NCBI GenBank assembly: GCA_017303895.1 | Contig: JAFLBF010000003.1 | Coordinates: 181,694-245,693 of the forward strand | Reading direction: 5' to 3' | From: Bacteroidota bacterium | Lineage (GTDB): Bacteria > Bacteroidota > Bacteroidia > 2-12-FULL-35-15 | DNA: 64,000 nucleotides | In this document: in pieces, positions 19,456-28,982 of the stretch | Layout of the letters: every line of letters begins with the position of its first letter | Numbering within the stretch: position 1 is the stretch's first letter | Notes under the pieces: generated by a model | Databases searched by the model: none | Told to the model about the DNA's origin: nothing | The model's input: only the letters and a program-made list of their open reading frames with translations | Translations under genes and position numbers: made by a program

Positions 19456-20967
19456 ATGAAGATCTTTTCACGCGAACAGATAAGACAAGCGGATGCATTC
19501 ACGATACAGCAGGAGCCTGTTTCTTCTATCGATCTGATGGAGCGTGCTGCTTTATCGGTGGCCAATTGGATCGAGGAAAAATTTGATACCACTACACCTG
19601 TATGTATCGTTTGTTGTTTGGGAAATAATGGCGGAGATGGATTGGCTGTTGCGCGATTATTAAAAGAAAAAGGTTTTTCTGTTGATGTTTTTATTTTAAT
19701 CCACTCTTCATCCAGGTCGGATGATTTTACGGTCAATTATAAACGATACATTAAGATAGGTGCTGCAACAGAGTTACATACTCTAGAAGAGTTCAATAGA
19801 GATTTTTCTATTGCTCCGGATGCTATTCTTGTTGATGCCATTCTTGGTTCCGGTTTAAATAAACCGGTGGAGGGGTTTTTAGCCGATTGTATCCAATATC
19901 TTAATGCATTGCCCACTATTAAAATTGCTATTGATGTTCCTTCCGGTTTGTTTTGTGATCAATTGAATGCAAAAGAATCTGTTGTTTTACATGCTACCTA
20001 TACACTTAGTTTTCAGTTTCCGAAACTGGCATTCATGTATTCTGAAAATGCGAATAAGGTAGGCGAATTCTCTTTATTAGATATTGGCTTGAGCGAAGCT
20101 TATATTGATCAAACACCAACTAACCGTTATTTTATTTTAAAGAAGGATGTACAGACTTTTTTGAAACAGCGTTCATCCATTGCTCATAAAGGAAATTTCG
20201 GACATGCTTTATTGTATGTAGGTTCGTTTGGAAAAATGGGTGCAGCAGTGCTTTCCGCTAAAGCCTGTATGCGCTCCGGTGCAGGTTTGCTAACGTGCAG
20301 GATCCCACAATGCGGATATGAGATCATGCAAACAAGTATTCCTGAAGCGATGGTCTCTGTCGATCCTGAACCCCATTTTCTTGCAGAGCATATTCATACT
20401 GATAAGTATAATGCCATTGGTATTGGTCCGGGCATTGGTGTGGAAAAGGAAACTCAAAATGTATTGAAGTTATTGATTCAGAATGCGAGTTGCCCATTAG
20501 TATTGGATGCAGACGCCATTAATATATTGGCGGAGAAAATGACCTGGTTGTCCTTTTTGCCTTCAAATACCATCCTTACTCCACACCCGAAAGAATTTGA
20601 ACGTTTGGTTGGCCCTTCTTCCAATAGTGAAGAACGAATTCAAAAACAAATTGAATTTTCTCTGAAATATAATGTGATCGTGGTGCTAAAAGGGGCTCAT
20701 ACCAGTATTTCATCACCTCAGGGTGATGTGTTCTTTAATTCCACAGGCAATCCAGGTATGGCTTCAGCAGGCAGTGGCGATGTGCTGACAGGGATCATTA
20801 CTTCATTATTAGCACAGCAATATACACCAATTCAGGCTGCAATTCTGGGCGTTTATTTACATGGATTAGCAGGCGATCTTGCTGCTAAAAAAATTAGTAT
20901 GGAGGCAATGATCGCTTCTGATATTGTGGACAATTTGCCCGATTCTTTCCTTTTTTTAATAAAATAG
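19456..20967 (+). CDS. nnr: Bifunctional NAD(P)H-hydrate repair enzyme (epimerase/ADP-dependent dehydratase)
   Basis: The YjeF_N region (GNNGGDGLAVAR) is followed by a C-terminal carbohydrate-kinase region (GSGDVLTG). Confidence 0.9.
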   Translation: MKIFSREQIRQADAFTIQQEPVSSIDLMERAALSVANWIEEKFDTTTPVCIVCCLGNNGGDGLAVARLLKEKGFSVDVFILIHSSSRSDDFTVNYKRYIKIGAATELHTLEEFNRDFSIAPDAILVDAILGSGLNKPVEGFLADCIQYLNALPTIKIAIDVPSGLFCDQLNAKESVVLHATYTLSFQFPKLAFMYSENANKVGEFSLLDIGLSEAYIDQTPTNRYFILKKDVQTFLKQRSSIAHKGNFGHALLYVGSFGKMGAAVLSAKACMRSGAGLLTCRIPQCGYEIMQTSIPEAMVSVDPEPHFLAEHIHTDKYNAIGIGPGIGVEKETQNVLKLLIQNASCPLVLDADAINILAEKMTWLSFLPSNTILTPHPKEFERLVGPSSNSEERIQKQIEFSLKYNVIVVLKGAHTSISSPQGDVFFNSTGNPGMASAGSGDVLTGIITSLLAQQYTPIQAAILGVYLHGLAGDLAAKKISMEAMIASDIVDNLPDSFLFLIK

Positions 20968-21187
20968 GCATTTTGTAATACCCTATTTTATTGGGTTTAA
21001 CTCTGAATTTTCAATTTTTTTCATTTTGCTAAAAAAGTTAGCAATTTGTATTGTTTCTCTTTCTACTTTTGGAGTGTTGATTGATTGAACGTTCTTTGAA
21101 TAAACAAACCATTTATTAACGTGTTAATAAAATACAAGCTATACGTTTTTAATTCAAACAATAGAAAAGTAGCTTTGATAACACAAT

Positions 21188-21649
21188 ATGGCAAATCATA
21201 CAACAAAATGGAAAGCAGGAGATAAAGCTCCTGATTTCAAAGGAAAAGATCAAAATGGAAAATTGATTTCATTGAAAGATCTGAAAGGTAAAAAAGTGGT
21301 TCTTTATTTTTATCCGAAGGATGATACTCCCGGATGTACTGCACAAGCATGTAATCTGAGAGACAATTACTCCTTATTAAAGAAAAAAGGATATGTGGTG
21401 ATCGGAGTAAGTGCTGATTCCGAAAAGAAGCATCAGAAATTCATTGAAAAGTACGATCTGCCTTTTCCTTTGATCGCTGATGAAGAGATGGAGATCATCA
21501 AAAAGTACGATGTGTGGGGAGAGAAAAAATTCATGGGGAAAACTTACGATGGGATCATCAGAACAACATTTGTGATCGATGAAAAAGGGACGTTGGAAGA
21601 GGTGATCACAGACGTAAAAACAAAAGAACACACAACACAAATTATTTAG
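21188..21649 (+). CDS. bcp: Thiol peroxidase / peroxiredoxin Bcp
   Basis: It carries YFYPKDDTPGCTAQAC and is 153 aa long. Confidence 0.9.
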   Translation: MANHTTKWKAGDKAPDFKGKDQNGKLISLKDLKGKKVVLYFYPKDDTPGCTAQACNLRDNYSLLKKKGYVVIGVSADSEKKHQKFIEKYDLPFPLIADEEMEIIKKYDVWGEKKFMGKTYDGIIRTTFVIDEKGTLEEVITDVKTKEHTTQII

Positions 21650-21699
21650 ATTTATACGCAGTACATTATATTATTTTGTAACCATAAACTATACATATC

Positions 21700-22752
21700 A
21701 TGAGCAAAGAAACCAAAGAATCAAAAGCAGCAAAAGAGATCAACAAAGAAAAATTAAAAGCCCTTCAACTTACAATTGATAAGTTGGAAAAAACATATGG
21801 TAAAGGTGCTATCATGAAAATGGGTGAAGCTGCAGTAGAAAATGTAGAAGTAATTCCTACCGGATCTTTAGGGCTTGACATTGCTCTTGGTATTGGAGGT
21901 TTACCAAAAGGAAGAATTATTGAGATCTACGGACCTGAATCTTCCGGTAAGACAACCTTAACCATTCATGCGATCGCTGAGGTGCAAAAAGCAGGAGGAA
22001 TAGCTGCATTCATTGATGCGGAGCATGCCTTCGATCGTTTTTATGCAGAAAAATTAGGCGTAGATACTGAGAATCTATTGATCTCTCAGCCGGATAATGG
22101 TGAGCAGGCATTGGAAATTGCCGAGAATTTGATCCGCTCAGGTGCTATTGATATCATTGTGATCGACTCAGTTGCTGCATTAACTCCAAAAAGCGAAATA
22201 GAAGGGGAGATGGGCGATTCAAAAATGGGATTACAAGCACGTTTGATGTCACAAGCATTACGTAAGCTTACCGGTACGATCAATAAAACAGGCTGCTGCT
22301 GCATCTTTATCAATCAGTTGCGCGAAAAAATTGGTGTTATGTTCGGTAACCCTGAAACAACTACCGGAGGTAATGCCCTAAAATTCTATGCATCTGTTCG
22401 TTTGGATATTCGTAGAATTGGTCAGTTAAAAGATGGAGAGAATGTGGTAGGTAACCGCACCCGTGTGAAAGTAGTGAAAAACAAAGTGGCTCCTCCTTTC
22501 CGTCAGGTTGAATTTGATATCATGTACGGTGAAGGTATTTCTAAAGTAGGTGAGATCATTGATCTTGGTGTGGAACATAATATCATTAAGAAAAGTGGTT
22601 CATGGTTCAGTTATGGCGATACGAAATTAGGTCAGGGTCGTGATTCCGTGAAAGCATTATTCAATGATAATCCGGAATTGATGGAACAGATCGAAGCGAA
22701 GATCCGAGAAGCGTTGAGCTCAACTCCTGCGCCACAGGTTGAAATGGCTTAA
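21700..22752 (+). CDS. recA: Recombinase RecA
   Basis: It has Walker [10 protein letters not shown] and conserved RecA sequence throughout. Confidence 0.97.
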   Translation: MSKETKESKAAKEINKEKLKALQLTIDKLEKTYGKGAIMKMGEAAVENVEVIPTGSLGLDIALGIGGLPKGRIIEIYGPESSGKTTLTIHAIAEVQKAGGIAAFIDAEHAFDRFYAEKLGVDTENLLISQPDNGEQALEIAENLIRSGAIDIIVIDSVAALTPKSEIEGEMGDSKMGLQARLMSQALRKLTGTINKTGCCCIFINQLREKIGVMFGNPETTTGGNALKFYASVRLDIRRIGQLKDGENVVGNRTRVKVVKNKVAPPFRQVEFDIMYGEGISKVGEIIDLGVEHNIIKKSGSWFSYGDTKLGQGRDSVKALFNDNPELMEQIEAKIREALSSTPAPQVEMA

Positions 22753-22778
22753 ACCTCAGGTTATTAAATTTATTTTAT

Positions 22779-22838
22779 TGTCGTCCCCATTGCAATGTAT
22801 TTTAAACATTGCGCCTGTGGGACGACATTTTTTTTTAC
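22779..22838 (+). terminator. Terminator-like compound hairpin after recA
   Basis: The outer stem tgtcgtccc/gggacgaca (22779-22787 / 22819-22827) encloses a smaller hairpin and is followed by a T-run of at least 10. Confidence 0.6.
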
Positions 22839-22850
22839 TTTTATAGCATT

Positions 22851-23876
22851 ATGAAAAAGATCATTTACTCACTTCTCTTTTTATCTACCATTACATTTTT
22901 CATTTCCTGCGGCAACGAAGGAGAAAAAGTAGTAGATAATGTAAAAAAGGATTCTGCTCAGGTAAATACTCCCGAAGAGTTAGCAAAACTGAATGAAGCC
23001 ATAGAAAAGGATCCCCAAAATGCTGATCTTCTACACCAACGTGCACTTTATTTTTTAGATAAGCAGGAAGTAAATGATGGAATTTTGGATATGATCAATG
23101 CCTTAAATATTGATAGCTCCAAATCGGAATACTACGTAACCATTTCTAATTTATATTTTGTCGGGAACAAAACAGGAAAATCAAAATTAGCATTGGAAAG
23201 AGCTATTGCGCTTGATGAAAAAAATGTAGAGGCCATTATGAAACTGGCTGAATTGTACTTGTATGTGGCGCAACACGATAAATCTATAGAGTATTTGAAC
23301 AAGGCTCTGAAGATCGATATGTACAATGCGAAAGCCTACTTCATGAAAGGGATGAATTTCAAAGAAATGAAAGATACAGCCAAAGCGATCAGTAGTATGC
23401 AAACGGCTGTTGAGCAAGATCAGTTGTATTATCAGGCCTTTATGCAGTTGGGAATTCTGTGTGCTGCAAAGCATAATCCTTTGGCGGTTCAATACTATAA
23501 AAATGCGATCCGCTTGAATGCTAAAAGCTCTGAAGCATGGTATGGCTTGGGTAAATATTATCAGGATGAAGAAGATTATGCGAACGCATTATCTACCTAT
23601 AAATCATTGTTGGATATTGAGCCGAATAAAAATGCACATTATAACACGGCAGTGATCCATTTGATCAATACCAGAAAATATGATCTGGCTGTTGCACATT
23701 TTTCGGATGCGATCAAGATCGATCCTAAATATGTGGATGCGTATTATGGACGTGGTGTTACCTATCAAAAAATGGGAGATAAAACCAACGCAATTGCTGA
23801 TTTTAGATCTTGCCTGGCACTTACACCGGAATACGAGCCGGCTAAAATCGAATTGCAAAAAATGGGAGTGAAATAA
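22851..23876 (+). CDS. TPR-repeat lipoprotein
   Basis: I place the start at the ATG at 22851 (MKKIIYSLLFLSTITFFISC lipobox). Multiple 34-aa TPR units follow. Confidence 0.75.
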   Translation: MKKIIYSLLFLSTITFFISCGNEGEKVVDNVKKDSAQVNTPEELAKLNEAIEKDPQNADLLHQRALYFLDKQEVNDGILDMINALNIDSSKSEYYVTISNLYFVGNKTGKSKLALERAIALDEKNVEAIMKLAELYLYVAQHDKSIEYLNKALKIDMYNAKAYFMKGMNFKEMKDTAKAISSMQTAVEQDQLYYQAFMQLGILCAAKHNPLAVQYYKNAIRLNAKSSEAWYGLGKYYQDEEDYANALSTYKSLLDIEPNKNAHYNTAVIHLINTRKYDLAVAHFSDAIKIDPKYVDAYYGRGVTYQKMGDKTNAIADFRSCLALTPEYEPAKIELQKMGVK

Positions 23877-23878
23877 TC

Positions 23879-24544
23879 CTATTTCTCTTTGTAATGATAT
23901 TCTTTTAGCAAAAGATCAATGTCTTTCATGAGCTGATCTATTTCTAAAGAATCGGTTCCATCATAATAACCTCTTATTCTTTTCTCTTTGTCTATAAGGG
24001 CAAAATTTTGGGTATGAATAAAATCGTCAGGACCACCATTACCTTCTTGTGCATCCAACAAATAGCCTTGACGGGCGATCCTATATAATTTTGCTTTTTC
24101 TCCCGTCACCATCATCCACTGTTTACTGTCAGCATTGTGCTTAAGGGCATATCTTTTTAATTGCTCAACCGTATCAATTTCAGGATCTACTGTATGCGAT
24201 AAAAATTTTACCTCTGTATTTCCTTGGAATTTACGTGTCACCCGTTCCATTTGTGTACTCATGATCGGGCAGATGCTGTGGCAAGTAGTAAAGAAAAAAT
24301 CAGTCACATACACAGCATTTTCAAAGTTCTTTTCTGTTACCGTATTTCCATCCTGGTCGGTAAAACTGAAGCCGGGAATTGTATGAAAGATCGTGTCGGT
24401 CTTTCCGTTCTTCGATTCATAACTTTTCTCCCCGAAAACAGGCAGGTAGCGGATCGGCTTTTTCGTATCATGAAAGAAAACGGCGTAGATAAAAACGGCC
24501 AATGCCAGTGCCAGTAGTGCTACATTTAAGAATTTAATTTTCAT
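23879..24544 (-). CDS. SCO1/SenC family copper chaperone / thiol-disulfide oxidoreductase
   Basis: It has an N-terminal TM, the CHSICP (CxxxC) motif and a conserved downstream His. Confidence 0.85.
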   Translation of the reverse strand: MKIKFLNVALLALALAVFIYAVFFHDTKKPIRYLPVFGEKSYESKNGKTDTIFHTIPGFSFTDQDGNTVTEKNFENAVYVTDFFFTTCHSICPIMSTQMERVTRKFQGNTEVKFLSHTVDPEIDTVEQLKRYALKHNADSKQWMMVTGEKAKLYRIARQGYLLDAQEGNGGPDDFIHTQNFALIDKEKRIRGYYDGTDSLEIDQLMKDIDLLLKEYHYKEK

Positions 24545-25023
24545 TGTTTGCTGATGGTTTCAATCTCGGTTTTTAAAAATTCGTAATTCAATTTCTTTTC
24601 GAAGAAATGTTTAATGTTCTTTTTGTTGTTAATGATCACAGTGGCGGGTAATGCACCGGTCCATTCATTGGCTATCTTGGGAATAAAATAATCAGCGTTA
24701 CTTTCATCCAAAAGCTGTATTTCCGAATAGATCTTCTTTTTGTTTACAAAAGGTTTAACTTTCGTTTCTAGGTCTTCTTTGAAATCCATGGTAACTAATA
24801 ACACTTTGACCTTTTCATCTTTGTAGGTTTTGGAGATGCTATCAAAATCGGGCAGCTCCTTTACACAGGGAGCACACCAGGTAGCCCAAAAGTTGACGAT
24901 ATAGGTGGTGTCGCTGGAATTGTAGATCCTTTTTTCCAAATCTCCAATCTTGATAACGGGAATGTTTTGAGAAAAGCTGCTGAATGAAATTAAGATAAAA
25001 AATAAGAAGATGCGCTGCTTCAT
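24541..25023 (-). CDS. TlpA-family periplasmic thioredoxin-like protein
   Basis: It has a signal peptide and the WATWCAPC motif. Its stop overlaps the SCO start (ATGA). Confidence 0.8.
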   Translation of the reverse strand: MKQRIFLFFILISFSSFSQNIPVIKIGDLEKRIYNSSDTTYIVNFWATWCAPCVKELPDFDSISKTYKDEKVKVLLVTMDFKEDLETKVKPFVNKKKIYSEIQLLDESNADYFIPKIANEWTGALPATVIINNKKNIKHFFEKKLNYEFLKTEIETISKQ

Positions 25024-25164
25024 GTACTCTGTTTGATGTATGCAAATTTACTAACAAAAATGACACCAAGCTGTTTTCTTTTCTGCATTTCAGTGAGATA
25101 CATATTTTATATTATTTATGACCATGTTTGCTATTTTTTTATAATTTTAACCTTCAATTAACAA

Positions 25165-25599
25165 ATGGCAAACGGTTTTGTAGATCCATATAAGATTATT
25201 GCTCCTGCTATCAGTACGGCAGGGGTTTACTACTTTACAACCGATAGTGATGTAAACTATGAGGTGCGTTTTGGAAGACGTCAGGATAATATTTTGCATG
25301 CAACCATTGTGTTTGGAGTAACGAATGATGAATATGAAGGAGAGGAGTACACTGTTACCAATAAAGGAGAATTGTACCGGGTGATGACCACCATTGTGGA
25401 TGTGGTAAAGATGTTCATGAAAGAACATCCGAAAATGATCGCTTATGAGTTTACCGGATTAGCAAAAGAAGGAGAGTCGGAAGATAAGTTAACATCCCGA
25501 ATCAATCTTTATAAGCGCTATTTGCCAAGAATTTTTGACAAGGAGTGGAAGTTTGATTATTCCAAAGGAAATACCATCACAGTAACACGAGTAAAATAA
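25165..25599 (+). CDS. Hypothetical cytosolic protein
   Basis: 144-aa ORF with no signal peptide and a strong terminator immediately downstream. I recognise no family. Confidence 0.5.
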   Translation: MANGFVDPYKIIAPAISTAGVYYFTTDSDVNYEVRFGRRQDNILHATIVFGVTNDEYEGEEYTVTNKGELYRVMTTIVDVVKMFMKEHPKMIAYEFTGLAKEGESEDKLTSRINLYKRYLPRIFDKEWKFDYSKGNTITVTRVK

Positions 25600-25630
25600 A
25601 AAGCCTCCACATTTGCGGAGGCTTTTTTAT
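25598..25630. terminator. Bidirectional rho-independent terminator
   Basis: The stem agcctcc/ggaggct (25602-25608 / 25617-25623) is flanked by an A-run and a T-run, between convergent genes. Confidence 0.75.
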
Positions 25631-25638
25631 TGATCATT

Positions 25639-27075
25639 TTATTTCTTCTTTTCTTTTTCCTTGTCAAGCATTTCAATAATGTTAGCTATTTGTTCACTAT
25701 CGATACGTTTTGCTTTAATGATCTTGTTTTCATCCAGCAGATAGATCACCGGTGTGCTGTAAATGTCGTAGATCTTTTTCGTGACGGCTCTTTTATATTC
25801 ATCCGGTTCACATACATTGATCCAATTGAGTTTGTGCTCTTTGATGAATTTCTTCCATTCATCGGGCTTGTCCTCTGTTTCAATCGCATACACCTGAACG
25901 CCTTTCGCTTTCAGTTTGGTATTATATTGCTCAACCAATTTAGGGATCTCTTTTTTGCAATGTCCACAACCATGATCCCAGAATATCACCACCGTATATT
26001 TCGATTTTAGATCATACAGGGAGACATATTTTCCTGTACTGTCGGGCATATTGATGAAAGGCGCTTTCTTGCCTATCAATAAAGGTTTTAGTGTATAAGC
26101 TCTGTTGGTGATCTTATAAAGTTGGGTAGAGTCCACCCAGAATGCTTGTTTGGTAACATAATATTGTTCCACTAAATGAACAAATACGGCATCCATTCCC
26201 ATGATGTTGGAGCTTTCATAATTATAGGTCAGCCAGTATACTACATATTTGAATACTTCCTGGTTGGCTTTTGCTTTTCCAATGATATGGTCGGCAGAAG
26301 CGTTGATGGAGTCAACATAATCGGGCCCTTGAGCCGTTAGCTTTTCCATGTATTGTTTGATCTTCGGATGGAAAATCGGTGTGCGAAGCATACGATCGTC
26401 CGAAAAATCAATATTGTCCCAGAAATGAGCTTTGTAATATCTGTAAGCAAACGTGCTGTCTTTTTTTCCATTTGCTAAAATGGGTGCTTCCGGTATTTCC
26501 GGATCCTGCATGGCTTTCATGAGTTTGGCAACGAAGCGTTTTGGATGCTCTTTTTGTAGGTTATTGCGATAGCTTTTTACTTCTTCATCAATTGCCGTAA
26601 TTTTATCCTGAATGATCTTGGTGGAATCTTTGGCTTTTACCTTTTTTAATTGTTCGCGTAAAGGCTCGATCTGTTTTTGCTTGGAAGCCATGAATGTTTG
26701 ATATTCATAAAAGATCTTGTTTTCTTCCGATCCTTTTACTTTCATGGTTTTTATATAATCGGCTGTGTCGGCTTCCAGTGAAAAGTGTTGTCCTTCATCC
26801 ATCACAAAGTCGAAGTATCTTTTGCTGGGAGGAACAAACAAATAGATTCCTTGATCCCATTTGGTCTCTCCTTTAAATACAACTTCGCCTTTAATGACTT
26901 TTGCAGAATCTTTAATGTATTGCTTTTCACCGTAATAATTGGCTAAAAGACAGGTGCTTCCTTCGGGAATTCCTTTCGCAACGATCTTAATATTATATCC
27001 TTGTTGTGGTTCTCCTGCCAATAAGGAAGCAGGAATTAAAAAGAGTAATAATGAACGCATCATAGATGTAATCAT
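25639..27075 (-). CDS. Thioredoxin-fold protein with large N-terminal domain (DUF5106-like + TlpA-like)
   Basis: 478 aa with a signal peptide and a C-terminal thioredoxin domain carrying WDHGCGHC. Confidence 0.75.
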   Translation of the reverse strand: MITSMMRSLLLFLIPASLLAGEPQQGYNIKIVAKGIPEGSTCLLANYYGEKQYIKDSAKVIKGEVVFKGETKWDQGIYLFVPPSKRYFDFVMDEGQHFSLEADTADYIKTMKVKGSEENKIFYEYQTFMASKQKQIEPLREQLKKVKAKDSTKIIQDKITAIDEEVKSYRNNLQKEHPKRFVAKLMKAMQDPEIPEAPILANGKKDSTFAYRYYKAHFWDNIDFSDDRMLRTPIFHPKIKQYMEKLTAQGPDYVDSINASADHIIGKAKANQEVFKYVVYWLTYNYESSNIMGMDAVFVHLVEQYYVTKQAFWVDSTQLYKITNRAYTLKPLLIGKKAPFINMPDSTGKYVSLYDLKSKYTVVIFWDHGCGHCKKEIPKLVEQYNTKLKAKGVQVYAIETEDKPDEWKKFIKEHKLNWINVCEPDEYKRAVTKKIYDIYSTPVIYLLDENKIIKAKRIDSEQIANIIEMLDKEKEKKK

Positions 27076-27096
27076 AAAGTGTTTTTGTATTAGATA

Positions 27097-27708
27097 TTAT
27101 TTTTTTGATTTTGGTTGCTCATTCCGTGAAACAAATTCCATTTCTGCAGTAACAATGATCTGTTTTTCCACAACTTTCACGCCACAATTCTTCGGGTAGG
27201 TGTATAGTTTTTTCTGAGTATTGTCGGGCATATCAAACACCATTTCCGTTCCCATGGTTAATGGACCTTCAAATGTAAAAGGGGTTTCGAAGTATTTCTT
27301 CAAATTCACATCCCATAAATGTCTGCTTTTTCCAAAGAACATGATATTGAGGGGAAAAAGTGCTTCGGTGATCTCCACATAAATAAGGTTAGTGCTGGGT
27401 TCATAACAGATCTCTACATTCCCGGTTACCTTTGTCTGATAGCTGTAGGAACCGACCGTTACTTTTACATCGGTTACAAAATCAGCTTTATTATTGTGAA
27501 GTTTTATCTGAGGATTGATCAATTTCCAGTCGTAAGTACCATCAATGAACATAAAAGAGTAGGAGGAGGTACCTTTGATCTCACCCATTGCTTTGAAAAG
27601 CTTGTTGAGCATCGATTCCTGAATAACAACGGTGAGGTCAGTCGATTGGCATCTAATTGATTGTAATGCAGCTAGTTGTATCAGTATAAGTATTAAAAAT
27701 TTTTTCAT
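27097..27708 (-). CDS. Secreted hypothetical protein
   Basis: I place the start at the ATG at 27708 (MKKFLILILIQLAALQSIRCQ). It lies 21 nt upstream of the thioredoxin-fold gene on the same strand. Confidence 0.5.
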   Translation of the reverse strand: MKKFLILILIQLAALQSIRCQSTDLTVVIQESMLNKLFKAMGEIKGTSSYSFMFIDGTYDWKLINPQIKLHNNKADFVTDVKVTVGSYSYQTKVTGNVEICYEPSTNLIYVEITEALFPLNIMFFGKSRHLWDVNLKKYFETPFTFEGPLTMGTEMVFDMPDNTQKKLYTYPKNCGVKVVEKQIIVTAEMEFVSRNEQPKSKK

Positions 27709-27782
27709 GAAAATATTAATGTACGAGCGGCAAAGGTACAATTTGGCGGATACCAAATGCTAATAATTCTTAAGAATAGATT

Positions 27783-27814
27783 TTTGCCAATCCTAAAATT
27801 CTTTATTATATTTG
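27783..27814 (+). promoter_or_regulatory. Candidate sigma-A promoter (TTTG-N20-TATATTTG)
   Basis: TTTG lies at 27783-27786 and TATATTTG at 27807-27814, 34 nt upstream of the ATG at 27849. Confidence 0.45.
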
Positions 27815-27848
27815 CATTTAAACTATAAACCCAGTAAATTATATTCAA

Positions 27849-28925
27849 ATGAAAAAACTTTACACTTTAATTGTAGGCTTATTTGTTGCCAGTGTATCTT
27901 TTGCACAAGATACGATCCTATTCGAAGATTTCGAATTAACCCGTTTTTATGACACATTGTTGATCAATGATGGAAATCCTCCACCGGCAAACACGGTAGA
28001 TGCTAATTGGTATTCTTATGATGCTGATATGATCCCTGATGCTTCTGGATCTAGCCGTCCTGATGGTTGGTTTGCTATCCAACCTTTTTCAGATGTAGAT
28101 CAATATGAAACAATTTACGGAGATATGAGTAATCCTGATACAAATACTTGTATTGGTGCTAACTCTTGGAATAACAATGGTGAAGGTGCAACTGGTGCTG
28201 AATTCAACTGGTTGATCACTCCAAGTGTTCAATTAGGTGCACACGATACATTATTCTGGAAATCTGCTCCACGTCAAACACCACGTTATTTAGATGGTTA
28301 CAAAGTGAAGATCTCTACTACTGATAACAGTGATTTGAGCTTTTCAGCTCCTTCTGGTGCAACTTTGTTCAATGCAGCAGAGTGTATCTCTTTAGGTTCT
28401 GATACTACTTTCTCTACATTTGGTTTTTCTGCTGGAACTCCAACTCCATTTGTTCATGGTTTAGATGGTACTTATATTGACATTGCTGGTACAGGTACTA
28501 ATCCTGCTCACATGGGTCAATTACGTCCATTCTCTATTCCATTGGATGCATACGCTGGTCAAAAAGTATTCATCGCATTCTTGCATGACTCACACGATGA
28601 TAACTTAATGGAATTAGATGACGTTATGATCCGTGGTAACCACACTGTAGGTATCAACGAGAACAAATTAGACTTAGGTTTAAATTTATTCCCAAATCCT
28701 GCAACGGACAATGTTCAAGTGAACTACGAATTGTCAGCTGAAACAGCTGTTACAATCACTGTTTATGACTTAACAGGTAAATTGGTGAACACGATCAGCA
28801 AAGGTAACCAGGCTCAAGGTCGTCATTTTGCTTTCATCAACACTGCTGAAATGGCAAAAGGTTTCTATACTGTAACTGTTCAAACTGCAACAGGAATCAG
28901 CACTGCTAAATTGATCGTTAAATAA
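27849..28925 (+). CDS. T9SS-sorted surface protein (choice-of-anchor-J-like domain + Por_Secre_tail CTD)
   Basis: It has a signal peptide ending VSFAQ and a C-terminal sorting domain (LFPNPATDNVQVNY...GFYTVTVQT...KLIVK). All 7 Arg codons are CGT and Gly is mostly GGT. Confidence 0.75.
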   Translation: MKKLYTLIVGLFVASVSFAQDTILFEDFELTRFYDTLLINDGNPPPANTVDANWYSYDADMIPDASGSSRPDGWFAIQPFSDVDQYETIYGDMSNPDTNTCIGANSWNNNGEGATGAEFNWLITPSVQLGAHDTLFWKSAPRQTPRYLDGYKVKISTTDNSDLSFSAPSGATLFNAAECISLGSDTTFSTFGFSAGTPTPFVHGLDGTYIDIAGTGTNPAHMGQLRPFSIPLDAYAGQKVFIAFLHDSHDDNLMELDDVMIRGNHTVGINENKLDLGLNLFPNPATDNVQVNYELSAETAVTITVYDLTGKLVNTISKGNQAQGRHFAFINTAEMAKGFYTVTVQTATGISTAKLIVK

Positions 28926-28945
28926 TAAGATCAATTAAGATCAAA

Positions 28946-28979
28946 TAAAAAACTCCCGCCATTTGGCGGGAGTTTTTTT
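28946..28979. terminator. Bidirectional rho-independent terminator
   Basis: The stem actcccgcc/ggcgggagt (28952-28960 / 28965-28973) is flanked by A6 and T6 runs. Confidence 0.8.
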
Positions 28980-28982
28980 GTT

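Noticed and set aside
22809-22850. N-terminal extensions from upstream TTG/ATG starts in the ORF track (22809, 3835, 27756, 34704, 44341, 18721).
   Set aside because: In each case a downstream ATG gives a canonical signal peptide, lipobox or conserved N-terminus. The extension would overlap a terminator or carries an implausible sequence.
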